DNA of 64,000 nucleotides from Anaerolineae bacterium. GTDB lineage: Bacteria; Chloroflexota; Anaerolineae; Aggregatilineales; Phototrophicaceae. The notes below the pieces were generated by a model. It made no database searches. It saw nothing but the letters and a program-made list of their open reading frames with translations, and was not told the DNA's origin. Positions within the stretch are counted from its first letter, which is position 1. Each line of letters begins with the position of its first letter. Positions 27,435 to 36,115 of the stretch are shown piece by piece. A program made the position numbers and the translations under genes. The stretch covers positions 7,427-71,426 of the forward strand of contig JAPKMO010000001.1 in NCBI GenBank assembly GCA_026645945.1, given 5' to 3'.

Positions 27435-29048
27435 GTGAAACCGATGTCTTTTGATTTTCAGTCGCGCCGTTCGATGGTGGTCGCCCGGCGCGGCATGGTG
27501 GCCGCCAGCAATCCACTGGCGGCCCAGGCCGGGTTGAATGTCCTACGGCAGGGGGGCAACGCCGCCGATGCGGCCATCGCCACTGCCGCCATGTTAAACG
27601 TCACCGAACCGGCCTCCACCGGCATTGGCGGGGACTGCTTCGCCCTCTTTTTTGACGCCAAAACCAGACAGATCACGGCGCTTAACGGCAGCGGGCGCGC
27701 GCCCGCTGCGCTCACACCGGAGCATCTGCGCGGGTTTACTGATGTGCCGGAACGCAGCGCCCATGCCGTAACCGTGCCGGGCGCGGCGGCGGGCTGGTAT
27801 GACCTGCTGCGGCGTCATGGCACGATGAGCCTCAAAGATGTGCTGGCGGAGGCGATCTATCACGCCCGCGAGGGATTTCCCGTTCATCCGGTTTTTGGGG
27901 CAAGCTGGCAGGCGTCGGAGGGCTTTTTACGTAACGCGCCCAATGCCGAGGAATACCTGCCTGGCGGGCGCGCGCCGCAGGTCGGGCAGATTGTGAAGCT
28001 GCCAGGGCTGGCGAACACGCTGCAAGCCGTCGCCGAAGGCGGGCCGGAAGCCTTTTACACCGGGCCGGTTGCCGATGCCATCGTTTCCACCTTGCAGCAG
28101 CTCGGCGGCGTGATGACCCATGATGACCTGAAAAACCATACTTCAAGCTGGGGCGAGCCGATTTCGATCAGCTATCGCGGCGTCGTGGTTTACGAACATC
28201 CCCCGAACGGGCAGGGTTTGGCGGCCTTGCAGGCCATGAATATCGCGGCGGGTTGGGAACTGGGCGCGCAGCCCTGGGATTCGCCAGAACGTCTGCACCT
28301 GATGGTGGAAGCGATGCGGCTGGCTTTCGCCGATGCGCGCCGCTACATCGCCGACCTGCACACCAACCCCGCGCCGGTTGAGGCGCTGCTGAGTCCGGCA
28401 TATGCGGCGCAGCGCCGCGCCCTCGTTTCGGCTAACCAGGCCATGCAGCCGCCGTCCTACGGCCTGCCGCTGGGCGGGTCGGACACGGTGTACCTGAGTG
28501 TGGTGGACGGCCAGGGTAATGCCTGCTCGTTCATTAACAGCCTGTATATGGGTTTTGGGGCGGGCATTGTGGCGAAAGGCACGGGCGTATTCCTGCAAAA
28601 TCGCGGCGCATGTTTCACGCTCGAACTCGGTCATCCTAACATTCTGGCCGGTGGCAAACGTCCGTACCATACCATCATTCCCGGTATGGCGCTTAAGGAT
28701 GGCGAACTGTGGGCCAGCTTCGGCGTGATGGGCGGTTTTATGCAGCCGCAGGGACATTTCCAGGTGATGAGCGCCATGCTGGACGACGACCTCAACCCGC
28801 AGGAGGCGCTGAACCGCCCGCGCTGGTGTCTGCTGGACGGCACGGGCAGCAGCGTGCTGGCGCTGGAAGAAGGTTTCCCTGTGGCGGCGATGGCGCGGCT
28901 GGCCGAACTCGGCCATACAGTGCGCCCGGTGTCTGGTCGCGCGCGGGGCGTTTTTGGCGACGGGCAGATCATCCGGCGCGACGCCGAAAGCGGCGTGTTG
29001 TTCGGCGGCAGCGACCCGCGTAAGGATGGCCTGACGGCGGCTTTCTGA
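27435..29048 (+). CDS. ggt: Gamma-glutamyltransferase family protein
   Basis: GGNAADAAIA, STGIGGD, Ntn nucleophile DTVYLSVVD, RPYHTIIP, VMGGFMQPQ, GSDPRKDG. Start uncertain (GTG 27435 or ATG 27444). Confidence 0.92.
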   Translation: MKPMSFDFQSRRSMVVARRGMVAASNPLAAQAGLNVLRQGGNAADAAIATAAMLNVTEPASTGIGGDCFALFFDAKTRQITALNGSGRAPAALTPEHLRGFTDVPERSAHAVTVPGAAAGWYDLLRRHGTMSLKDVLAEAIYHAREGFPVHPVFGASWQASEGFLRNAPNAEEYLPGGRAPQVGQIVKLPGLANTLQAVAEGGPEAFYTGPVADAIVSTLQQLGGVMTHDDLKNHTSSWGEPISISYRGVVVYEHPPNGQGLAALQAMNIAAGWELGAQPWDSPERLHLMVEAMRLAFADARRYIADLHTNPAPVEALLSPAYAAQRRALVSANQAMQPPSYGLPLGGSDTVYLSVVDGQGNACSFINSLYMGFGAGIVAKGTGVFLQNRGACFTLELGHPNILAGGKRPYHTIIPGMALKDGELWASFGVMGGFMQPQGHFQVMSAMLDDDLNPQEALNRPRWCLLDGTGSSVLALEEGFPVAAMARLAELGHTVRPVSGRARGVFGDGQIIRRDAESGVLFGGSDPRKDGLTAAF

Positions 29049-29083
29049 TAGACAGTGAGGCTTTAGCCAGCTGTCCGCTCAGG
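29047..29083. repeat. Degenerate copy of the 6070-6183 REP element
   Basis: GATAGACAGTGAGGCTTTAGCCAGCTGTCCGCTCAGG shares both flanks with 6070 and 6171-6183. Confidence 0.7.
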
Positions 29084-29150
29084 TATAGTCTAAATGGTTT
29101 ATCTATAAGCAGCGTGAGGCGTATGGATGGCAATGGAAGGGGTGTGAAGC

Positions 29151-29441
29151 ATGGCTTCCGATCAACCCCCAATGTTTGCCCGGCGGCGTATTGTCGTGTG
29201 CCGGGGGCAGTTCTGCAACATGGATCGCCGGGCGGATAAACTGCTGCGGCGCTTGGAGCCGTTGGTAGACGAAATCAACGGCGGCGTGTATCCGAAGCCG
29301 GTCAAGCTGGAGATCGCCAACTGCCTGAGCATGTGCGGCGCGGGGCCGAACATCGTCATTTACCCGGCGGACGAGGTTTTTAACCACGTCACCGAAGTCC
29401 TGCTTGAAACCATCATCGGCGAACACGTGCGGGAAAAATAG
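29151..29441 (+). CDS. Thioredoxin-like (2Fe-2S) ferredoxin
   Basis: C-X4-C (VVCRGQFC) ... C-X3-C (NCLSMCGAGPNIVIYP). Confidence 0.85.
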   Translation: MASDQPPMFARRRIVVCRGQFCNMDRRADKLLRRLEPLVDEINGGVYPKPVKLEIANCLSMCGAGPNIVIYPADEVFNHVTEVLLETIIGEHVREK

Positions 29442-29469
29442 GGACACGCCAGCCGCGTCCCTGTGGTTT

Positions 29470-31107
29470 TTAAACAATGTACGGCGTGCTTGCGCCGGTT
29501 TTCGCCATGCCGCGCGGGTCAATCGTTACATTGATGCAGGCCGGTTTGCCGCTGGCGAATGCGCGCTGTAAGGCCGGCAGCAGCTCGTTCGGGTGTTCCA
29601 CCAGTTCGCCATGACCACCCATCGCCTCTACGATGCGGTCGTAGCGTGTGGGGGCCAGCGTGGTAGCGACGGCGCGTTCTTCGCCGACTATCTGAATCTG
29701 CGGCGTGCGTATCTGCCCCCAGCCTGCGTCGTTGCCGACGATGGCGACCACCGGCAGACCGAAGCGCACCGCCGTATCGAACTCAAAACCGTTGAGTCCA
29801 AACGAACCGTCGCCGCTGATAATCAGCACTTTTTTCTCAGGAAACAGGTGTTGGGCGGCGATGCCAAACGGCGCGCCGACGCCCAGGCAGCCCAGCGGGC
29901 CGGGGTCGAGCCACTGGCCGGGCAGCGTCACGTCAATGACTTTGGCGCAGGCGCTTACGATGTCGCCGCCGTCGCCGATGAGGATGGTATGGTCGTCCAG
30001 AAAATCGTTGATAGCCGCGCCGAAGCGAAAGTGATTGATCGGCACGTCGTTTAGCTGTTTCCATTTTTCCAGTTCGGCGTTTTTGCGGTTTTCGATCTCG
30101 CGCAGGTCGCGCAGCCAGCTTTCCCAACGCACACCCTGTAAGCCTTCGGCCAGCGCCTCCAGCACCAACCGCGCGTCGGCCACCAGCGCCACGTCCGCCC
30201 GGCGGTTGTGGTTCAGTTCGGCGGCATCGTTTTCGATCTGGATGAGCCGGGCGTTCGGGTTCCAGTCCTCTTGGCCGTACTTGAGCCGAAAGTCCAGCGG
30301 CGTGCCGAGCAGGATGACGGCGTCGGCTTCGCGCAGCGCCTTACCGCGCGCCGATTTAAAGCAGTTGGGGTGGGTCATCGGCAGCGTGCCGCGCCCCGCG
30401 CCGTTGGTGAAAACCGGCATGGCGGTTTGTTCGGCCAGGTCGCGCAGCGCCTTGCTGGCCTGATCCCAGTAGACCTGCGTTCCCGCGATCAAAACCGGTT
30501 TTTGCGCTGCCCGCAGGATTTCAAACATCCGTACCACCGCGCTGGGTTCGGGTTCGACAGGCCGGACGGCCACACGCGGCGGGGTAGGCGGCGGCTCGAT
30601 GGCGTTGAACAGCACGTCAAACGGCAGTTCGATAAAAACCGGGCCGGGCCGCCCGCTTAAGGCGGTTTCAAAGGCTGCCGCCATCTGTTCGGGAATTTGT
30701 CCGGTTTCGGTGATGGTGAAACTGGCTTTGGTGAAATCATGGAACATGCCGACCTGAGGCATTTCCTGAAGCGCGCCCATGCCTTTGGTGCGGAGCGGCG
30801 CTGCGCCGCCGATCAAAATCAGAGGGCTGCGGGCCTGGTAGGCGTTGGCAACCGCCGTAACGGCATCGGTCACGCCGGGGCCGGCTGTCACCACCGCCGC
30901 GCCGATGTTGTGGGTCAGGCGGGCGTGGGCATCGGCGGCGTGGGCGGCGGCCTGTTCGTGGCGAAAATCAATCACTTTAATGTTGTTGTTCAGGCAGCCA
31001 TCATAAATGGGCATAACGTGGCCGCCGCACAGTGTATAAATGGTTTGAACGCCCTGCGCCGCCAGCGACCGCGCGACCAGTTCTCCGCCCAGCGTAAACA
31101 TAGACAA
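29470..31107 (-). CDS. Thiamine diphosphate-dependent enzyme (acetolactate synthase / 2-hydroxyacyl-CoA lyase-like)
   Basis: RHEQAAAHAADA, TAGPGVT, TPP motif GDGSFG...N. Confidence 0.88.
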   Translation of the reverse strand: MSMFTLGGELVARSLAAQGVQTIYTLCGGHVMPIYDGCLNNNIKVIDFRHEQAAAHAADAHARLTHNIGAAVVTAGPGVTDAVTAVANAYQARSPLILIGGAAPLRTKGMGALQEMPQVGMFHDFTKASFTITETGQIPEQMAAAFETALSGRPGPVFIELPFDVLFNAIEPPPTPPRVAVRPVEPEPSAVVRMFEILRAAQKPVLIAGTQVYWDQASKALRDLAEQTAMPVFTNGAGRGTLPMTHPNCFKSARGKALREADAVILLGTPLDFRLKYGQEDWNPNARLIQIENDAAELNHNRRADVALVADARLVLEALAEGLQGVRWESWLRDLREIENRKNAELEKWKQLNDVPINHFRFGAAINDFLDDHTILIGDGGDIVSACAKVIDVTLPGQWLDPGPLGCLGVGAPFGIAAQHLFPEKKVLIISGDGSFGLNGFEFDTAVRFGLPVVAIVGNDAGWGQIRTPQIQIVGEERAVATTLAPTRYDRIVEAMGGHGELVEHPNELLPALQRAFASGKPACINVTIDPRGMAKTGASTPYIV

Positions 31108-31185
31108 TACTCCTCAGCAGCAGTTACCCGGCAGTAAAATAAATTATGGTGGGGCGAACCAGGCGTCCGCCCCCGAACGATTGGC

Positions 31186-32361
31186 TCAGGCTTTCTGGAC
31201 GAGGAGGCGGCAGGCGGTTTCGGCCAGCATCGCCGCGCCGATATGCAGCACCGACTCGTCAATGTCAAAAATCGGGCTGTGGTGCGGGCGGTTGACCGAA
31301 TCGAGTTTCGCGCCCAGGTTGAACATCGCGCCCGGCGCCAGGCGGGTCATGTAGCTGAAGTCCTCTGCGCCCATACCCGTTTCCTCGCTGTACAGATGTT
31401 CTTCGCCAAATAGGTCAATCGTGACCTGTTCGATAAGGTCGGATACGCCAGGATCGTTATACATGGCCGGATAACCCCGGCGGATGGACAGGGTATAATC
31501 GCCGCCCAATGCGCGCGCCACGCTCATCGCCCGGTCGAGTTCGTCCCAGAGTTTCTGGCGGGTTTCCTCGTCAAAACTGCGAATCGTGCCGTTGATTTTT
31601 ACGCTGTCGGGGATGACGTTGTTGGCGTCTCCGCCATGAACCGAGCCGATGGAGATGACCGCCGCGCGCACCGGGCTGATGCGCCGCGCCCGGATGCCAT
31701 GAACGGCGTTGATAACCTGCGCCAGAAGGTAAATCGGGTCGGTGCCGTACTGTGGGTAAGCGCCATGACAGCCTTCGCCGGTGATGGTGGCCTCGAACGA
31801 ATCCACCGCCGCCGAAGCATAACCGCCCCCGGTGCGGATTTTGCCTGCCGGGATGCCGCTGGCGATGTGCAGGGCGATAACGGCGTCCACGCCTTCCATT
31901 GCACCATCTTCGATCATGCGGGTCGCGCCGCTTTTGCCTTCGTCGTCTTCGTCTTCTTCGCTGGGCTGGAACAGGAAACGAATTTCGCCCGCCGGGCGGT
32001 CTGGCATATCCGCCAGCATTCGGGCTACCCCCAGCAGGATGGCGGTGTGGGCATCGTGGCCGCAGGCGTGCATCGCGCCGGGCGTCTGCGAACGATATGG
32101 CACGTCGTTGGCTTCATGAATCGGCAGCGCGTCCATATCCGCCCGGATGCCGATCACCGGACGGCCTTCGCCCAGCCGCCCGACGACGCCGGTTTTGCCG
32201 ACGCCGGTTTCGGCTTCGATGCCCATTTCGTGCAATGCCTCGGCGACCAGCCGAGCGGTGCGATATTCCTGAAAGCTGATTTCTGGGTGCATGTGAATGT
32301 CGCGCCGCCAGGCGACCATAGTTTCTTGCAGGCCGCGCGCCCGTTCCAGAATTGATGACAT
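31186..32361 (-). CDS. M20D family amidohydrolase
   Basis: HMHPEISFQE, IRADMDALP, MHACGHDAH, FQPSEE, MGAEDFS, HHSP.F. Confidence 0.93.
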   Translation of the reverse strand: MSSILERARGLQETMVAWRRDIHMHPEISFQEYRTARLVAEALHEMGIEAETGVGKTGVVGRLGEGRPVIGIRADMDALPIHEANDVPYRSQTPGAMHACGHDAHTAILLGVARMLADMPDRPAGEIRFLFQPSEEDEDDEGKSGATRMIEDGAMEGVDAVIALHIASGIPAGKIRTGGGYASAAVDSFEATITGEGCHGAYPQYGTDPIYLLAQVINAVHGIRARRISPVRAAVISIGSVHGGDANNVIPDSVKINGTIRSFDEETRQKLWDELDRAMSVARALGGDYTLSIRRGYPAMYNDPGVSDLIEQVTIDLFGEEHLYSEETGMGAEDFSYMTRLAPGAMFNLGAKLDSVNRPHHSPIFDIDESVLHIGAAMLAETACRLLVQKA

Positions 32362-32521
32362 GCTGGCTCCTCATTTAACGACGATGAATTGGTTGTTAAC
32401 GTTTTTAAGTATAACAGATTCCAGCGGGGTGGGGCTGTGCGCCGCAAGGCCAGATTCTGCCCCCATTTACTGGGGTAGTAATTTGAAACCAGCTATGTTA
32501 TGGTAGGCGCTAAGATCGGCT

Positions 32522-34000
32522 GTGCAGGGAGCGTCAAATGTGATTAACCAGAATCAAGCAGCCCGCATCAGCATCACGGGGTCGCTCTCCATTCATGGTT
32601 GGAGCCATTTGGATGCTGTTTTGCTGGCTTCGCTGGCGACGGAATCGCCGCTGCTGCTGGTCGGGCCGCATGGTACGGCCAAGTCCCTGTTGATCGAGCG
32701 GATTGCCGGGGCGCTGGGCCTCTCGATGCGGCATTACAATGCTTCGCTGTTGAATTATGATGATCTGGTCGGCATTCCCGTGCCGGAGGAAGATAATAAC
32801 AGCCTGCGGTTTATCGCCACGCCGGGTTCGATCTGGGATGCCGAATTTGTGTTTTTTGATGAAATTTCCCGCTGCCGACCCGATTTACAGAACAAAATGT
32901 TTCCGATTATCCACGAACGGCGCGTAGCGGGCATTCAATTGTCCCGGCTGCGCCACCGCTGGTCGGCGATGAACCCGCCGGCCCCGGACGAACCTCTGCC
33001 GAACAATGCCAACCAGCCGATGAACTATTATCTCGGCTCCGAGCCGCTTGACCCGGCGCTGGCCGACCGCTTTCCATTTGTGGTGGCCGTTCCTGGTTGG
33101 CGGCAGCTTTCAAAGGATGACCGCCGGCGGGTGGTTTCGCACCAAGAAAGCGCGGAATATGCGCCGGCGGACGATTCGCTGTCTGGCCTGCCGGAACTGG
33201 TGGACGCCTGCGCCGCGCGCATCGCCGCCCTGGAAGTGGAACTGGATGATTGGGTGTCTGATTATCTGCTGCTGGTGATGGACTTGTTGGACAAAGCGCA
33301 GTTAGCGCAAAGCCCCCGGCGCGCCCGGATGCTGGCGCGTTCGGTGATCGCCGTCCATGCCGCCCGGCTGGTGTTGGAAGGCGAGGACGCCAGCCTAGAC
33401 GACAGCGCCGAAATCGCGCTGATGTACGGCCTGCCGCAGAACGCGGCGGAAGTGCCGCCCTCGCAGGCGACGGTGGCGGCGGTACACCGGCAGGCGTGGG
33501 AAATCGCCTCGCTGATGGATGATGATGTCTGGCGGCAAATCCTGGAAGAACGGGACTTTGCCCGCCGGGTGGTGATGGCCGACCAGTTGGGATTTAACGA
33601 TCTGGACATCTCGCGCCTGATTACGCAAGCCCTGGGCGCTGAGGCCTCCGAACCCAGACGGATCGGCCTGGGGACAGCGATTTTCCTGGCTTATCGTGAT
33701 CGCCGCGAATTAACCTCCGCCGCCTGGGAGCCGCTGGCGCAGCTGGCGGTGCGCGTGCTAGAGCCGCGTCCGGTGTCGGCGCTGGTTCGTCCTGGTTCGG
33801 ACGTGACGGTATGGCAGGAGATTAAAGATTGGCTGGCCGCGCCGGATGACAGGGCGAATAACTTTTTGTCGAGGCTAACGCGGAACTATGTTCTGTGCGG
33901 CTTCCCGGAGTTGTGGCGGCGCGAAAACTGGCGGGAGGCATTAGATCGTTTTGTCGCCGACCTGGAGTTATTCGGTATTCGGGAGGTGAATCAGCCATGA
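32522..34000 (+). CDS. MoxR-like AAA+ ATPase with uncharacterised C-terminal extension
   Basis: Walker A GPHGTAKS, Walker B FFDEISR, AMNP, LDPALADRF. Start codon uncertain. Confidence 0.85.
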   Translation: MQGASNVINQNQAARISITGSLSIHGWSHLDAVLLASLATESPLLLVGPHGTAKSLLIERIAGALGLSMRHYNASLLNYDDLVGIPVPEEDNNSLRFIATPGSIWDAEFVFFDEISRCRPDLQNKMFPIIHERRVAGIQLSRLRHRWSAMNPPAPDEPLPNNANQPMNYYLGSEPLDPALADRFPFVVAVPGWRQLSKDDRRRVVSHQESAEYAPADDSLSGLPELVDACAARIAALEVELDDWVSDYLLLVMDLLDKAQLAQSPRRARMLARSVIAVHAARLVLEGEDASLDDSAEIALMYGLPQNAAEVPPSQATVAAVHRQAWEIASLMDDDVWRQILEERDFARRVVMADQLGFNDLDISRLITQALGAEASEPRRIGLGTAIFLAYRDRRELTSAAWEPLAQLAVRVLEPRPVSALVRPGSDVTVWQEIKDWLAAPDDRANNFLSRLTRNYVLCGFPELWRRENWREALDRFVADLELFGIREVNQP

Positions 34001-34677
34001 GCCAGCAGCAAAACGCGCCTGGCCCGTCCCGCCCCAGCCCATTTGCCACTGCCGGCCAGCGGCCTGCCAGCAGCCCTCCGCGCCCGGCCAACAGCCCTGC
34101 GCCCGCCGCGCCGCCCGGCCAGCGAGTGGGGGGACTGCCCCGGTTTGGCCCGAATAAAACCCACTGGCGTATCGTGCCGGTGACCGATTCTGTCGTGCGT
34201 TTTGATCTGAGAGGATTGGGCGACCCGTTTCACCGGCTTCTGGGCAAACCGCTGGATGTCCGATTGGCGGATGCCGAGGCAGCGATCAAAGCCATCGAAA
34301 CCGGCGGCGAGTATTTAAACGATCTGGAAATGCTGCTGGAAACGGCCTGGCAGGAATACAATCTGCACGGGGCGGTACTTCTGTACCCCTGGCGCAAAGA
34401 ACTGCCTCAAGTTATGGTGGGGCGTGTGGTGACAGGGGATGACACCGATGATGAAGAATATGAAGACGACAAACCGGCTGCGCCGGTCTTTCTGCGGGCG
34501 CTGGATATGCGCCTGGTGATGAATATTCTGGCGCGCACCCGGTCAAACATTCTGTTAAGCCGCGCGCCGCTGGGCCTGGAATACCAATATCTGGGCCAAT
34601 CGCTGCTCACCGATGACCCGCGCTTGGTCATGCTGGCCCGCGCGACGGGCTGTATCGAAGAACCACTGATGAGATGA
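33997..34677 (+). CDS. Hypothetical protein (Pro-rich N-terminus, acidic patch)
   Basis: ATGA overlap with the AAA gene, GGAGG RBS, 226 aa; no recognisable family. Confidence 0.7.
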   Translation: MSQQQNAPGPSRPSPFATAGQRPASSPPRPANSPAPAAPPGQRVGGLPRFGPNKTHWRIVPVTDSVVRFDLRGLGDPFHRLLGKPLDVRLADAEAAIKAIETGGEYLNDLEMLLETAWQEYNLHGAVLLYPWRKELPQVMVGRVVTGDDTDDEEYEDDKPAAPVFLRALDMRLVMNILARTRSNILLSRAPLGLEYQYLGQSLLTDDPRLVMLARATGCIEEPLMR

Positions 34678-34708
34678 CCTTTCGTGGATTGCCGGAAAGG
34701 ACGAACCC

Positions 34709-36106
34709 ATGCAGACAGCGGATGAAAGTATGAGGCTGGCTGCTCGGCTGGTGGGCTGCGTGCCTGCCGCCACCATCGAAATGGAAACGCTGTGCCGTCT
34801 GGCAGGCGTAAAAGTCAGTTCAGCCGTGCCGACGGCGGCGGTTGAGTGCGTTCATCGCCCGCATCTGCTGATTAACCCGGATTTTGCCGCCCGCCACTGC
34901 CAGCGCGACGAACATCTGTTTTTGCTGGTGATGCACGAACTGTGGCATATCATCCTGGCGCACACCCGCTTGCAGCCGCGCATGACGCCGGCGCACAACG
35001 TCGCTTTCGACGCGATCATCAATGCCGGGCTGTCGCGGCAGTATAACAAACCGGAATATCGCGGATTTTTCGAGGCTTTAAATCCACCCGACCAGTTTCC
35101 GCATCTGCTGCTGCGTCCGCCGGAAGGCTGGCCGTCCAACCCCGTTTACCCGGAGGTTGGCCCGGTAGGGACGCGGCAGATTTTGGAACGGCTGTATCCG
35201 CCGCCTGGCACGAAAGCCGTCCCCATGCCGTTTTACGACGAAATCCTCCAGCTGCTGCGCCGGTACGCCGAAGAAAACGGCTGGGTGTGGCCCGCTGGCG
35301 AGCCGTTTTTGCTGGGCGATCATGATAACCTGAACGCCGAAGGCAAAGCCCTGGCCGACCCGCTGTTAGGCGATCTGCTGCGCCGCATTGCCAGCAAAAT
35401 GCCGGCGCAGTTGGGCGAACGCGGGTCGGGCGGTGCGCGCCAGGAACAGGCGGAAGATGTGGCCGCAGCTACCGAACGCGCCCGCCGCGCTTTTTCACAG
35501 ATTTTGCAGCGTTGTTTAGGCCCGCGCGCCGGGGGACAGCGCCGCCGCGCGCGAGTTCCCGTGAGCAGCATCACCGGGACGGGCGTGCTGCCGAACCCCC
35601 GCGACCGGCTGGCATCGGCCCGGAAGCGTTTGGGGCTGCCGGGGACGATCTGGAATCAGGCCGGGATGGTGCGCGCGCGTGTTCCCGAAAAACCAAGCAA
35701 GGCGCACATTTACCTGGACGTGTCCGGCTCGATGGCCGAAGTGCTGCCGCACGTCCTGGGGTTGGTTTTACCCTATGTCGCCAGGGGGCAGGCGGAAGTT
35801 TTCCAGTTTTCCACGTTCGTCGAGCCGCTTCCGTTTGCCCAACTGCGGCAGGGACGGCTGCAAACCACCGGCGGGACGGACATCAACTGCGTGTTGGAAC
35901 ACGCGCTGGCAGTCGAGCCGTCGGTGCATAAAGTGCTGCTGCTGACCGACGGCGCGACCGGCACGCCGGAAGATCAGCTGGCCGACCAGATGCGCGGGCG
36001 GAACATCCGTGTGTACGTTGTCCTGCCCGCCGAATCGGCCTGGGAAGATGATCTGCGTGAACTGGCCGCTTTTATGGCCGTCCTGCCGCCGCTGTGGGGC
36101 GCATGA
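34709..36106 (+). CDS. Metallopeptidase-vWA fusion (DUF2201-like)
   Basis: HELWH (HExxH) in the N-terminal half; C-terminal MIDAS YLDVSGSM, TGGTD, LLTDG. Confidence 0.85.
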   Translation: MQTADESMRLAARLVGCVPAATIEMETLCRLAGVKVSSAVPTAAVECVHRPHLLINPDFAARHCQRDEHLFLLVMHELWHIILAHTRLQPRMTPAHNVAFDAIINAGLSRQYNKPEYRGFFEALNPPDQFPHLLLRPPEGWPSNPVYPEVGPVGTRQILERLYPPPGTKAVPMPFYDEILQLLRRYAEENGWVWPAGEPFLLGDHDNLNAEGKALADPLLGDLLRRIASKMPAQLGERGSGGARQEQAEDVAAATERARRAFSQILQRCLGPRAGGQRRRARVPVSSITGTGVLPNPRDRLASARKRLGLPGTIWNQAGMVRARVPEKPSKAHIYLDVSGSMAEVLPHVLGLVLPYVARGQAEVFQFSTFVEPLPFAQLRQGRLQTTGGTDINCVLEHALAVEPSVHKVLLLTDGATGTPEDQLADQMRGRNIRVYVVLPAESAWEDDLRELAAFMAVLPPLWGA

Positions 36107-36115
36107 CGGCTGTTT

